From the human T2T-CHM13v2.0 reference genome, Homo sapiens, in NCBI RefSeq assembly GCF_009914755.1, contig NC_060938.1: a DNA stretch of 64,000 bases. The stretch is one strand, 5' to 3'. The stretch's first letter is position 1. Each line of letters starts with the position of its first letter. Below, piece by piece: positions 1-11,849 of this stretch. The translations under genes and the position numbers were made by a program. The notes under the pieces were generated by a model. The model was not told where the DNA came from, ran no database searches, and saw nothing but the letters and a program-made list of their open reading frames with translations.

Positions 1-202
1 CATGAGATTTATTGACCTCACATCAGCATTTAAGTATTGTTCACTTTATGTAATAGTATTTGGGTTGGGGATTGGTGTGATTCCGATTGTATGAAGCAGA
101 GTTATATTACGTTAGGTGTAATTATGACCTTATTGTCTTTATTTGAAGACTATGTATGATCTCAGGAGATGTATATGGGTTCAAGTTGACAAGGGGTCGA
201 CT
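1..202 (+). mobile_element. HERV-L internal sequence, 3' end including polypurine tract (provirus continues upstream of the window)
   Basis: Resembles the recalled HERVL-int 3' end (...GATCTCAGGAGATGTATATGGGTTCAAGTTGACAAGGGG...); purine tract AAGGGG at 191-196 lies just before the LTR start TGTGATGG. Confidence 0.85.
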
Positions 203-639
203 TGTGATGGTTAATACTGAGTGTCAATTTGATTGGATTGAAGGATACAAAGTATTGATCCTGGGTGTCTGTGAGGTTGTTGCCAAAGGAGATTAACATT
301 CGAGTCAGTAGTCTGGGAAAGGCAGACCCACCCTTAATTTGGGTGGGCACCATCTAATCAGCTGCCACCACAGCTAGAATATAAATAGGCAGAAAAATGT
401 GAAAAAAGAGACTGGCCTAGCCTCCCATCCTACATCTTTCTCCTATGCTGGGTGCTTCCTGCCCTCGAACATCAGACTCCAGGTTCTTCAGTTTTGGAGC
501 TCAGACTGGCTCTCCTTGCTCCTCAGCCTGCAGACGGCCTATTGTGGGACCTTGTGGTTGTGTGAGATAATACTTAATAAACTCCCCTGTGTGTGTGTGT
601 GTATGTATGTCTATATATACACATATACACAATATATAT

Positions 640-702
<63 letters not shown>

Positions 703-737
703 TAGTTCTTTCCCTCTAGAGAATCCTGACTAATACA
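203..737 (+). mobile_element. MLT2A (MLT2A1-like) LTR, 3' LTR of HERV-L
   Basis: Starts TGTGATGGTTAATACTGAGTGTCAA and ends CTCTAGAGAATCCTGACTAATACA (TG...CA); AATAAA at ~576; internal GGCAGACCCACCCTTAAT typical of MLT2A. Confidence 0.92.
588..699. repeat. Compound (TG)n/(TA)n microsatellite inside the MLT2A LTR
   Basis: A (TG) run, then (AT)10 at 632-652, an AA interruption, and pure (AT)23 at 654-699. Confidence 0.97.
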
Positions 738-746
738 GCATGTATG

Positions 747-1700
747 TGTAAACAAAAAATAAAATTCTAAGACCCCCAACCAACGGCATGGATGCTTCCT
801 CTTGGCCAAGGGCACTTCAAAATAAACCTAAAAATATAGTCCACGCCGTGATGGGGAGTCAGTATTGGACATGCCCCATTATATACGCCTCCCTTTGGAA
901 TTCAGGCACAGCTGACCAGCATTCACATTAAAACAGAACTCTTAAGACTGTTGAAACTGTTGAAACAGATTTGTTTTTGTAGCAATAAAACACCAAATTC
1001 CAGCTTGACTCCAGTGTAGCATCACATGACAGACAGTGAACCCTTAACAAATTTGAATTATTTTACCTAAAAATATACTTACTTGGCATATTTTGAAATG
1101 ACCCTGCAAAGCTTTCTCTTGTGAGAAAAACCTGGATTATACAGAGAATACCCATTCCTTTCCAGGTCTTTTCTCTGATCCAGGAGAGAATTAACCAAAG
1201 TCTGGCATCATGTTAGGCCTGAAAGAGCTCTGAAGCCTGCTACCTGGAGGCTTCAAGTGCGTGATAAAACCTTTAACACAGATATTCTATTCTAATGATT
1301 ACAGGTCTTAGATAATAACCCTTTTAACCAATTGCGAATCAGAAAACCTATGACTTACGACCTGGAAGGCCCCTCTTCCACTCCCCTCCCCACCTTCGAC
1401 TTGTCTCGCCTTTCCAGACATAACCAATGTACATTTTATGTGTATGGATTGATGTCTTATGTCTCACTAATATATATATAATATATAAAATATACATAAT
1501 ATATAAAAATATATATTATATGTTATATATATGTATGTATGTATATATATACATAAAACCAAGCTGTAGCCTGACCACCGTGGCACATGTTCTCAGGATC
1601 TCCTGGGGTTGTATAATGGGCCATTGGTCACTCGTATTTGGCTCAGAATAAATCTCTTCAATAAATAAATAAATACAGAGATTGACTATTTTCATCAACA
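747..1700 (+). mobile_element. MER4-group (MER4D-like) ERV1 solo LTR
   Basis: Starts TGTAAACAAAAAATAAAATTCTAAG and ends GGCTCAGAATAAATCTCTTC...TTTTCATCAACA; perfect 4-bp target-site duplication TATG at 743-746 and 1701-1704; AT-rich insert at 1470-1553. Confidence 0.9.
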
Positions 1701-1799
1701 TATGCAACTTATAAATATCTCCATATGTGTTTACATTGCCTATTCTACTTTTTTAAAATAATGAGATACACAGTCAAAATTGTAGACCCTCGTTTTAGA

Positions 1800-2720
1800 A
1801 AATTAAAATTTGTAAAAAAATTAACTGAATAGGTTATAAAAAAACAAGTGGTGGTAATGTGGGTGTCCGATGAAAACAAAGGAGATGCTGGAAGCATGCA
1901 CTTGCTGCAATATTTCAGGCAAGAAATCAAAAGAACATGCTTTGGGAGATCAATTTAATTGTTGAAATAAATTCAACAATAATTCAACAATAATTTTTGG
2001 GTTACAGATTTGGTTTGAAAACTGAATAAGAACGAGATGTTGGGAAGTAATTCCAAAGTTTCCAGGTGAGACATCTCATTGTTCTTTCTGCTTTGTATTT
2101 TAGATGATTGTTTGCAAGTTTCCCTGATCTCTGTAAAGGGAGAGCTAGAGTTTTAGTTATCTTGGAAGGTGGTGGATGAGGTCAAAATTTAAAAGGACTC
2201 CGATGAGAACTTGCGGATGGTGAAGGTACAATCAGAGATGAAATGTGAGAAGAAATTTAGTAGTATCTTTTATTTGACAGGGTATATATGTTTGTCTTGG
2301 TCATTTTGATTTGTAGTCAAAATGTGGTAAGTATGTCAAGTAGAGATTTGGAGACTACTTTATCTGCTCATTTGAAACTGGAAGGAAAGGTTTTAGTAAG
2401 TGACTAAAAAGACATATAATGTTGGTATTTATTGAAATATTGTGAATTATCTTACACAGTTTTCTTTGATCACCACAAAGTAACCAAGGGTGGGGAGAGA
2501 AGAAAGCGTTTAGACTGTTGCAGAGCCGGGGATTGAAATATAGGGAAAATAATACAAGACTTAAAAGTTAAAATAAGCTCAGAAAGATTAGTAGGCATGA
2601 TTTCAGGCTATAGAAGCAACAGGGGAAGAAAACAGAGGCTTTTATTACATTAAGAGAATAGAGGAGATTTGCAGGCAAGTTCTTGGTGAAGAACAGTCCA
2701 GTTGGAGTAATGCATAATCA
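1800..2720 (-). mobile_element. Degraded L2 LINE remnant
   Basis: Purine-rich + strand with patchy similarity to antisense L2 (e.g. 2165-2235); boundaries rough. Confidence 0.35.
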
Positions 2721-4294
2721 TAGATCATGGTCCAAGAGCATAATTCCTGGGTTTACAAATCTAGTTTTAAACATTATTATTTTCATAAATCTACATAGAA
2801 GACTATCAAAAATGTCAACACACACAGGCACACACACTCACACACACAAATCTTATAAAAGAAATTTGGAAAACAGATCATTCATTACAAAGAATGAGGA
2901 GAAAAAATAATGGAAAGTAATTTACTATTTGGTCTTAATAAATGCCATCTTCTCCTGAATTTTTCTCTTCCTACATAGTTTCAATAGCAATAAGTATGTT
3001 TCATCTGGCCTTCCAGGTTTCTCAGTGAACACCCCCCACAAAAAAAATTATTTAAGTCCAATCCTGCAACTGTATTTTCTCAAATGGTGATGGAATAAAA
3101 GAGAGGGATGGGGAAGAGTAAAATTCATCATAGACACATTTGCTGAAAAAGTCTGGCAGATGAACAAAACATGATTTTTTGAGAGGCTCTGTAATGGATA
3201 GTTCTTTTTTCTCACTTATGTACTTATGTGAAACTAGGAAAGATAGTAAAGTGCAAAAAAAAAATCTACCAACTAAAAAAAATTACAAAATCTTAGCAGC
3301 TTTGCCTGTAGCGACTTATAGTTAAGTTATCCAAATGCTCTTAAAGCTGCCTTTTTATTTTCTTTCATTTTGACACTATAATATACTGTTTCATTTTCAA
3401 AATCAGAATGTGAATCGGATAGATGCAGTAAATTGATAAATTCTACATCTGTGATTTTCTCTTCAGTAGTAGAAATAATGTCATATCTTAAGGTCAAAGA
3501 TTATTAACCAGAAATCATTAAAACTACTGAGTTTCAAATAGTTTTCTTATCTTCTAGAGGAAGAGGCCAAGAAGCATATTTAAATTTTTAACATTTTTTC
3601 CACACATTAGTTGGGCTACATTTTTATTTTTAAAGCAAAATTAAACAAATATGTCCACTTTAGGGAGATTCTATAAACCATTCAATTCAGTTTAGGTTAA
3701 CAAGAAACTGAAATCCATAATAAAATATGTTGTTGAATTGTCATTTTACTTACTAATTTCTTCATAGCTTCTTACATATTTTGAATACATTCCTCACATT
3801 ATTTTGGAAAGGAAAATACAGTTGTTTTCTTTTTTTTTTTAAGAGGCTTTTTGATGCTAACAAATAAGCTTATCCTTCTGGTATACATGAGATGGCATAT
3901 TGAAGACACTTTTTCTTAATAACATCTACTGGTAATCATTTAGAAATTGTGGAATCTCTATTGAGGCATATAATAAGCTACCACTGAAACGGAAAGATTG
4001 CTAGATTATCTCATCGACAGAGTTCACTCTTTTAGTGCTGTTCCCCCAAATAGCTATCCACAATTTACTTTTAGGGCTATATGCCCTAAACTATTTATGT
4101 GATTGCCAAGTACAAATTGTTCTGATATTCATACTGTGTTGTAGGGCACATTGCTCTGTTAAAAAGAGGTTTCCTAAGGAATCTGTTTGTTTTATTGGAA
4201 TTCTGGTGTTTGTAATGTTTCTTTTAATGAGATGATGAATTTATGGTTGAGGCTGTGACAAGAGTTCAGTCTTTTCGTTAGAATAAAGATTGCC

Positions 4295-4629
<335 letters not shown>

Positions 4630-5384
4630 TCAGTGTCACTGAAGCTCTTTGTCTGGCTGTAGATACTCAGAATAAAGCTTTGAGACAGTGGAAATGACTT
4701 GCTCTTTGGCAAGTCTCTTCACATTTCTGCCTCTACCCTATGGGGCAAGTCTTATACACCAGCTTCAGAACAGGAACCTGACTGTCCAATCTAGATTGTT
4801 AATCTTATTTTCCAAACCAAAATAGAAACCAAGAAATGGAGCATATAGCAAGCTAATTATAATCTAATCAGCTTTTGAAATTTCAGTCAAAAAATAACAC
4901 AAAGATTTCCCCTTAACAGAATGGAAATATTGAGGTGCAGTTTATGTATCAGAAAAATGAAGGCAATTATGAGACAAGAAGGCTCTCAGAATTTTCACAA
5001 GAAAAAACGTTGAGAAAATGTTGAAGTGGGAGAAGGTTTGCACTTTTTTTGTATTTTTTTTAACAGAGATGAAATATAATACTGGCTTGTTAGAGATCAT
5101 CTGAATCTGGGGGCATATGGAAGCAAGTATTGTAAATGCCATTCTGAAACAGGTAGTCTTCAACCATAAGGAGTAGTTTGGTTAATATCTGGGAAATACT
5201 ACTCATTTAGTCTTTCCCTTATACATAAGTCACAAAGCACGAAAAGAAAGACTTGGAATGATAAAAAGCATGGCATATTTAGCAAAGCAGATACGTAGAC
5301 TTCAAGAGGTATAGATTTAAAAAGAGTAAAGTTGAATGAACTAGTCATTTTAGCTTGTTATTAAAATAAGAAACTGAACAAATG

Positions 5385-5560
5385 GCTGGATTTCTGAAAA
5401 TGCTAAATTCGAATCCTGATTTGATAAAATACTTGAGTTTTTTAACTTAAGGAAATCATTTAAATCTTAATCTGTAAATGAAGAAAAAAAAGAACTGCTC
5501 TCACTATATAAGGATTTTGTGGAGAAATATGCAAGAACAACATGCCACACAAATGCTAAA
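5385..5560 (+). mobile_element. MIR SINE remnant
   Basis: TTCGAATCCTG...AATCATTTAAATCTT...ATCTGTAAATGAAG...GGATTTTGTGGAG follows the MIR core order. Confidence 0.55.
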
Positions 5561-6314
5561 TAATAGCAACAAGGGTGGTAATACTGCCAAATGAAACTTC
5601 TTTTTTGTCAATTAGTTTAATGTCAAGATTGAATCATTTCAAACGTTCACATAACAGGACTTTACTAATCACTATGAAGCACGGCCCAGGCCAGGGAAAT
5701 CCATATGTCTTTTCAGTTCCCAGATCGGCAGTGCACAGATTTTTGAAATTGCTTTTTACTAATGTCCGTAAGTAGATGAACAACACTAGACAAATAATGC
5801 TCTCAGAGTTTTATGTTTTCACGGTTTTTTTCTTCCTCACTTTTTATTTCTGTGCTCCCTGTCATACCAAGGAGTATAACCTGCTGCTTAAAATGGTGTT
5901 TAATAGCATATAGTAACTCTCAACTGAAATTCATGGAAAGTAGTATGCACAGAGGAACATTTCAGAATATTTAGTTTTTTTTTTTTCTCTTCTTAAGAAT
6001 TTGGACACATGAGTCCTTTTACTTTTGAATTTATCTAAGTGATGCTTCCTGCCTCATGTTTAAACACCTTTTTTTTTCTTTTTAGTCTCACGTGAATGCT
6101 GAGAGAAAATCTATTATTGTTTCTAACTTGGTAGAGAAAATGTAACATAATAACTAGTGTCTGACCATGTATGAGAGGCTCATTTTTATCTTCTTAAGAA
6201 TAAAAACCAGGAGTGTGCTAATAGATAAGGTAAATAGCTCATCATTTTGTTTCTGAGAATTGTTTAGGAAAGGTTTAGATTCTTTGGGAGAAGTCTGCCA
6301 GAATAAAAATAAGA

Positions 6315-6470
6315 GAGGGTGCGCTTTAGATGAAATAGTCTGTAATTTAAACCTGACATCTCTGTGTAAAAATTCTGTGATTTTAACCAAGTTCAGTTTC
6401 CTCATCCACAAAGCTAGTGATAATAATATATATTTCGGTTAGTAAACTAGTGTGAATGCACCTAATAGCA
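6315..6470 (+). mobile_element. MIR SINE remnant
   Basis: TGTGATTTTAACCAAG-TTCAGTTTCCTCATCCACAAAG...GATAATAATA core motif. Confidence 0.6.
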
Positions 6471-6631
6471 GATGGAGCAACAAAATAGCAGGGAAGGCCA
6501 AAAATGGTTAAATATCAGCAAATTTAAATGATTTCTAATATATAAGAAAGGCTCAAATTGTATTAGGTAAAATCCAAAATGCTTTCTTCTTTCTTTGTCT
6601 TTTGTTTTCTTCTTAAATTTATTTGCACATA

Positions 6632-9149
6632 CAAGCATACTTCAGATATATTGCGAGTCCAGTTCTAGACTACAGCTATAAAGTAAATATCACAATAACG
6701 TGTCATGAATATTTTGGTTTCCCAGTGCATTCAAAAGTTATATTTATACTATACTATAGCTCTTTGGGCATGCAATGCCATTATGCCTAAAAAATATGCG
6801 CCTTAATTAAAAACATCTTATTGCTAAAAAACTCTAACAATCATGTGAGCCTTCAGCAAGTTGTAATTGCTTTGCTGGTGAAGGGTCTTGCCTCAATGTG
6901 GATTCAGCTGCTGACTGATCAGGGTGGTGGTTGCTGAAGGTTGAAATGTCCGCGGCAATTTGTTAAAATAAGACAACAATGAAGTTTGCTGCATTGATTG
7001 ACCCTTCACTAAAGATTTCTCTGCAGTATGTGATGCTGTTAGATAACATTTCACTCACAGTAGAACTTTTTTGTAAACTAGAGTCAATCCTTTCAATCCC
7101 TGCTGCTATTTTATCAACTCAGTTTATGTAATATTCTAAATCCTTTGTTGTCATTTCAACAATGTTTGCAGCATATTCACCAGTAGTAGATTCTATCTGA
7201 AGAAACCACTTTCTCTGCTAATCCATAAGAAGCAACTCTTCATCCTTTGAAGTTTATCATGAGATTGCAGCAATTCAGTCATATCTTTAGGCTCCAGTTC
7301 TAATTCTAGTCCTCTTGCCATTTCTATAACATCTGCAATTACTTCCTCCACTTAAGCCTTGAGCCCCTCAAAGTCATCCATGAGGGTTGAAATCAACTTC
7401 TTCCAAACTCCTGTTCCTGTTGATATTTTGACCTCTTCCCAATGGCATCTGGAAGGGTGAATTCTTTTCTAGAAGATTTCCGATTTACTTTGCCAAACTT
7501 CATCAGAGGAATTACTCTCTATGGCAGCCCATGAACCAAGGAGTTGTTTCAACTTTCAAATCTTATTATTTAAGACATGCATATTATAAGACTACAACTG
7601 CCATAGAGAGTATGTGAGTAATGTGACTCTCTAAATCAAAAGCTAGAGATGATTACACTTAGTGAGGAAGACATGTCAAAAATTGCTGTTATGTTAGCAG
7701 GCATAAAAATAACATTAATATCCTTGTATATCTTTATCAGAGCTTTTGGAAAACCCAGTCCATTGTTAATAATCAATTATATTTTGGAAAGAATCTTTTT
7801 TTTCTGAGGAGTAGAACTTAAACTATTAAGTAAGCCATGCCTCAAACACATATGCTGTCATCCAGACTCATTTTTCCATTTATATAGCACAGGCAGAGTA
7901 TATTTAGCATAATTCTTAAGGGCCCTAGGATATTTAGAATGGGAAATGAGCTTTGGCTTCAACTTAAAGTGACCAGCTGCATTAGCCACTAAGAAGAGAG
8001 TCAGCCTGTCCTTTGAAGCTTTGAAACCAGGCAACTTTTCCTCTCTAGTTATGAATGTCCTAGATGGCATCTTCTTCCAATAGGAGACTGTTGTGTCTTC
8101 ATTGAAAATCTGTTGTTTAGTAGAGCCAATTTCATTAGTGATCTTACCTAGATCTTCTGGATAACTTGCTGCAGCTTCTACATCAGCATTCGTTGCTTTA
8201 CACTATACTTTTATGTTATGGAGATGGCTTCTTTCCCTATACATCATAAACCAACCTTGGCTAGCTTCCAACTTTTCTTCTGCAACTTCCTCACCTCTCT
8301 CGCCTTCACAGAATTGAAGTAAGTTAGAGTCTTTTTCTGGAATAGGCTTTGGCTTAAGGGAATGTTGTAGCCAGTTTGATCGTCAACCTTGATCACTAAA
8401 ACGTTCTCTATGTCAGCAATAAGGTATTTCCTTTTCTTATCATTGATTTGTTCACTGGAGTAGCACTTTTCATTTCCTTCAAGAGTGTTTCCTTTGCATT
8501 CACATCTTGGCTGTTTTATCCAAGAGGCCTAGCTTTTGGCCTTTCTCAGCTTTTGACATGTCTTCCTCACTAAGCTTAATCATCTCTAGGTTTTGATTTA
8601 GAGAGTCACATTACTCTTTTTCACTTCCACACTTAGAAACTTAGATGCCACACTTCCACACTTAATAATAACCTTAGTTATTAATAACCTTACTTAATAA
8701 CTATAAGGTTATTAATTGACCTAATTTCAATATTATTGTTTCTCAGGAAATAGGAAGGACCATAGAGAGAGAGAACGAGAGAGAGAGAGAGAGAGAAAGA
8801 GAAACAGGGAATTGTGGGTCCATGGATCATTCAGAACATGAGCAACATTTATAGAGTACATTGACTGTCTTATGTGGATGTAGTATGTAGCGCCCCCAAA
8901 CAATTACAATAGTAACATTAAAGATCACTGATCACAGATCACATAAAAGATATATTAATAATAATAAAGTTTAAAATATTGCAAGAATTATTAAAATGTG
9001 ACACAGAGACATGAAGACAGCACATGCTGTTGGAATCACAGTACTGATGGACTTGCTCGACACAGGGATGCCACAAGCCTTCAATTTGTAAAAATCACAA
9101 TATCTGCAAAGCACAATAAAGCAAAGCACAATAAAATGAGGTATGTCTG
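6632..9149 (-). mobile_element. Full-length Tigger1 (TcMar-Tigger/pogo-like DNA transposon), internally rearranged
   Basis: Terminal inverted repeats CAAGCATACTTC (6632) and GAGGTATGTCTG (9149), each flanked by TA (6630-31, 9150-51); ~2.5 kb colinear with recalled Tigger1 consensus on the minus strand. Confidence 0.96.
7250..8650 (-). pseudogene. Disrupted Tigger1 transposase (CENP-B/pogo-type DDE)
   Basis: ORF 7858..8070 [25 protein letters not shown]...[17 protein letters not shown] matches Tigger1/TIGD1-type transposase; the rest is broken by frameshifts, an inversion and insertions. Confidence 0.9.
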
Positions 9150-10545
9150 TAAATATATTCTTTCAAAAACTCTTCATCTTTCCATAAATTATAATTATCT
9201 GATCAAAGTACATCTCATTGGATATACATATAATCATAAAAATATGATTAAAGAAGAAAGTAGGCTTAGAGTTTGTCCCTTGTCCAAATTCACTTAAATG
9301 TATCCACAGATAATCATGCTGGCTAATATTTTCTAATAATCTGCAGAGTTTTTTCTCCTTTTGTTATGTTTGGAAATATGAGTGTTAGATAGCATGACTG
9401 TGTGTTCAGACTGCCAAATGCCAATAGGAGCAGACTGCACAGCAAGAGAATTGCGTTTGTTTGACAATGTGTTATACACTATTGATAATGATTTTGAAAT
9501 TAAAGTTGATACTCTTGCCTTTTGCTCAGTGATATGAAGTTTTAAAATTGTCTTTAATTTCAATTAAAGAGCAATGGTTAGTGCTGTTGTTTATGTTCAT
9601 CCCTCCTGTCAGTGTATGTGTGTAATTATAACATGTAAGGTTTTAGTCTCCCAAATGTTTTTGAATTTTATCCAGGACAACATATTTCTTAAGGTATTTG
9701 CATTTGTTCAGTGGAGACTGAATGATGCTGCTTGTTTTCTTGATTAAATAGTGTTTGCTCACAGTCTCCTATTTCTCTGTTCTTAATTACTAACTCAGGC
9801 CCACTCGTCATCATAGCCAGTGATAGAGTTCAGCATGAACCCATAGGACTTGGGGGTTTTATTTCTAGGATCTCTCAAAGATTGTTAAGTAACTTAAATT
9901 CTTAATGCTCATGTTAAGCGTTATAGGGAATTTGCGGGAAAAAAGAGCTGGGATTCTTACTTTCTACCAATATGCAAATTGTTTAGCAGTTTGCAAATGT
10001 CAGATTCTAGGAGTGAATGATTTTCATTTTCATCACAAGAGCTTTGCTAGCTAATACATGAAGATAATTGTACTTGTTTCATACTTGAAACCAATACCTC
10101 CGATCATGGAAAAGGCTGTAGAGAAGCATATGAAGAAAGATTATTAAATCAAATGTGTGTTCATTGTTGCATGCATTTGTCAACTCTCAGGACAAAAGCA
10201 GGACAGCTCATTTTGATTAGCAGAAATTGCCAGATTTCAGTGAGAAACAAAGTGATTCAAAGGGAGAATTTTTACATTAGGTGGTTCTCCATGAATCACC
10301 CCAGAGATAGTTGCTGGGACGCTGATAGTAATTCTAGGTTGTCATCTCAGGTTTTTGAGAATTAATCCACACAGTCTACAGTGTTTTTATGAATCATCAT
10401 AGACATATTCAGGAGTTCTCTAATATCCCCTCATAGGAATCTGTTAGGAGAATCCTGGCATTATTAGGTGGCTAATAGTTAAGAATTACTAAGGATCTGG
10501 CAAGGAGAATAGGGCTTCACTATTCAAGTTTTGCTTCTGTCCTCT

Positions 10546-11293
10546 TGAGACGTGAAGGGAGCTGGACTTCCTGGGTTGAGTGGGGACTTGGAGAACTTTT
10601 CTGTCTAGCTAAAGGATTGTAAACACACCAATCAGCACTCTGTAAAAACGCACCAATCAGCACTCTGTGTCTAGCTAAAGGATTGCAAATGCACCAATCA
10701 GCACTCTGTAAAAATGCAGCGATCAGCACTCTGTGTCTAGCTAAAGGATTGTAAACACACCAATCAGCACTCTGTAAAAACGCACCAATCAGCACTCTGT
10801 GTCTGGATAAAGGATTTTAAACGCACCAATCAGCACTCTGTAAAATGGACCAATCAGCAGGATGTGGACGGGGCCAAATGAGCTAGCAGCCGCAATCTGC
10901 TGTGGAAGCTTTGTTCTTTCGCTCTTCACAATAAATCTTGCTGCTGCTCACTCTTTGGGTCCACACTACCTTTATGAGCTGTAACACTCACCACAAGGGT
11001 CTGTAGCTTCATTGCTGAAGTCAGCAAGACCACAAACCCACCAGGAGGAACAAAGAACTCTGGACGTGCCACCTTTAAGAGCTGTAACACTCACTGCGAA
11101 GGTCTGTGGCTTCACTCCTGAAGTCAGCGACACCATGAACCCACCAAAAGGAAGAAACTCTGGAAACATCTGAAGGAACAAACTCCGGACACGCCATCTT
11201 TAAGAGCAGTAACATTTACCGTGAAGGTCCGCGGCTTCATTCTTGAAGTCAGCAAGACCAAGAACCCATCGAAAGAAACCAATTCCGGATGCA
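10546..11293 (+). mobile_element. LTR12-family (ERV9) solo LTR, LTR12/LTR12F-like
   Basis: TGAGACGTGAAG...CTGGACTTCCTGGG start; tandem CACCAATCAGCACTCTG units; AATAAA 10930-10935; three U5 repeats (GAGCTGTAACACTCAC...GAAGTCAGC); end AATTCCGGATGCA; flanks CTCT/CTAT (3 of 4 TSD bases match). Confidence 0.95.
10600..10860 (+). promoter_or_regulatory. CCAAT-box (NF-Y) array in LTR12 U3
   Basis: Intact CCAAT at 10628, 10653, 10694, 10760, 10785, 10826 and 10850, plus one mutated unit (~10719). Confidence 0.7.
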
Positions 11294-11849
11294 CTATTAA
11301 AAAAGACAACTTAAAATACATATACTTCACAGAGGTATTTAGCTTAGGAAAAAGTGTGTACCCAGTAATTGAGAAAATTGAGAGCTTACTAACTGAATAG
11401 CCATTTTCCTTTTACCAAAGTTGCAACTTTGTAGCTAGAGAGGCACTAGGTATGGTTTTTACCAATCAGATATGGGCAGAAGTGCATTAAGAGGCTTCTA
11501 CTTTTGTTTCATTGTCACAAAAGCAAAGCCACGGGAGACAAAACCCTTTCCCAGCTTCTTTTTCTGTGAACATAGCAGTCATAGATCCCAGAATTGGAAC
11601 CCATTGCATAACTCTGAGAACAACCCCTTCTGATAACAATGAAGTAGGAAGGTTTTAGTAGAAGGAGTCTATGTTCTTAGTGGCATTGTCTGGCCACCAT
11701 GCCGTCCCTGGACTGCCGTTCTTGGGAATGCTGCTTGTTAAATGCAAACAAACCCCTTTCTTGTTTAAGCTATTATTGATCATGTTTTTAATTTCCGGTA
11801 GCTGAAAATATTCCTGCTGAAACAGCCTGCACCATTCCATTCTCTACAC

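Noticed and set aside
4860-4870. Perfect DUX4 consensus TAATCTAATCA (also TAATTTAATCA at 53561-53571)
   Set aside because: About one such match is expected by chance in 64 kb of DNA this AT-rich; no supporting context.
9930-10000. E2F-like GCGGGAAA (9934-9941) next to octamer ATGCAAAT (9972-9979)
   Set aside because: Isolated motifs with no CpG island or other promoter context.
10600-11280. Regularly spaced repeats that look like a CRISPR array
   Set aside because: These are the normal U3 and U5 tandem repeats of LTR12; the intervening sequences are themselves repeated and there are no cas genes.
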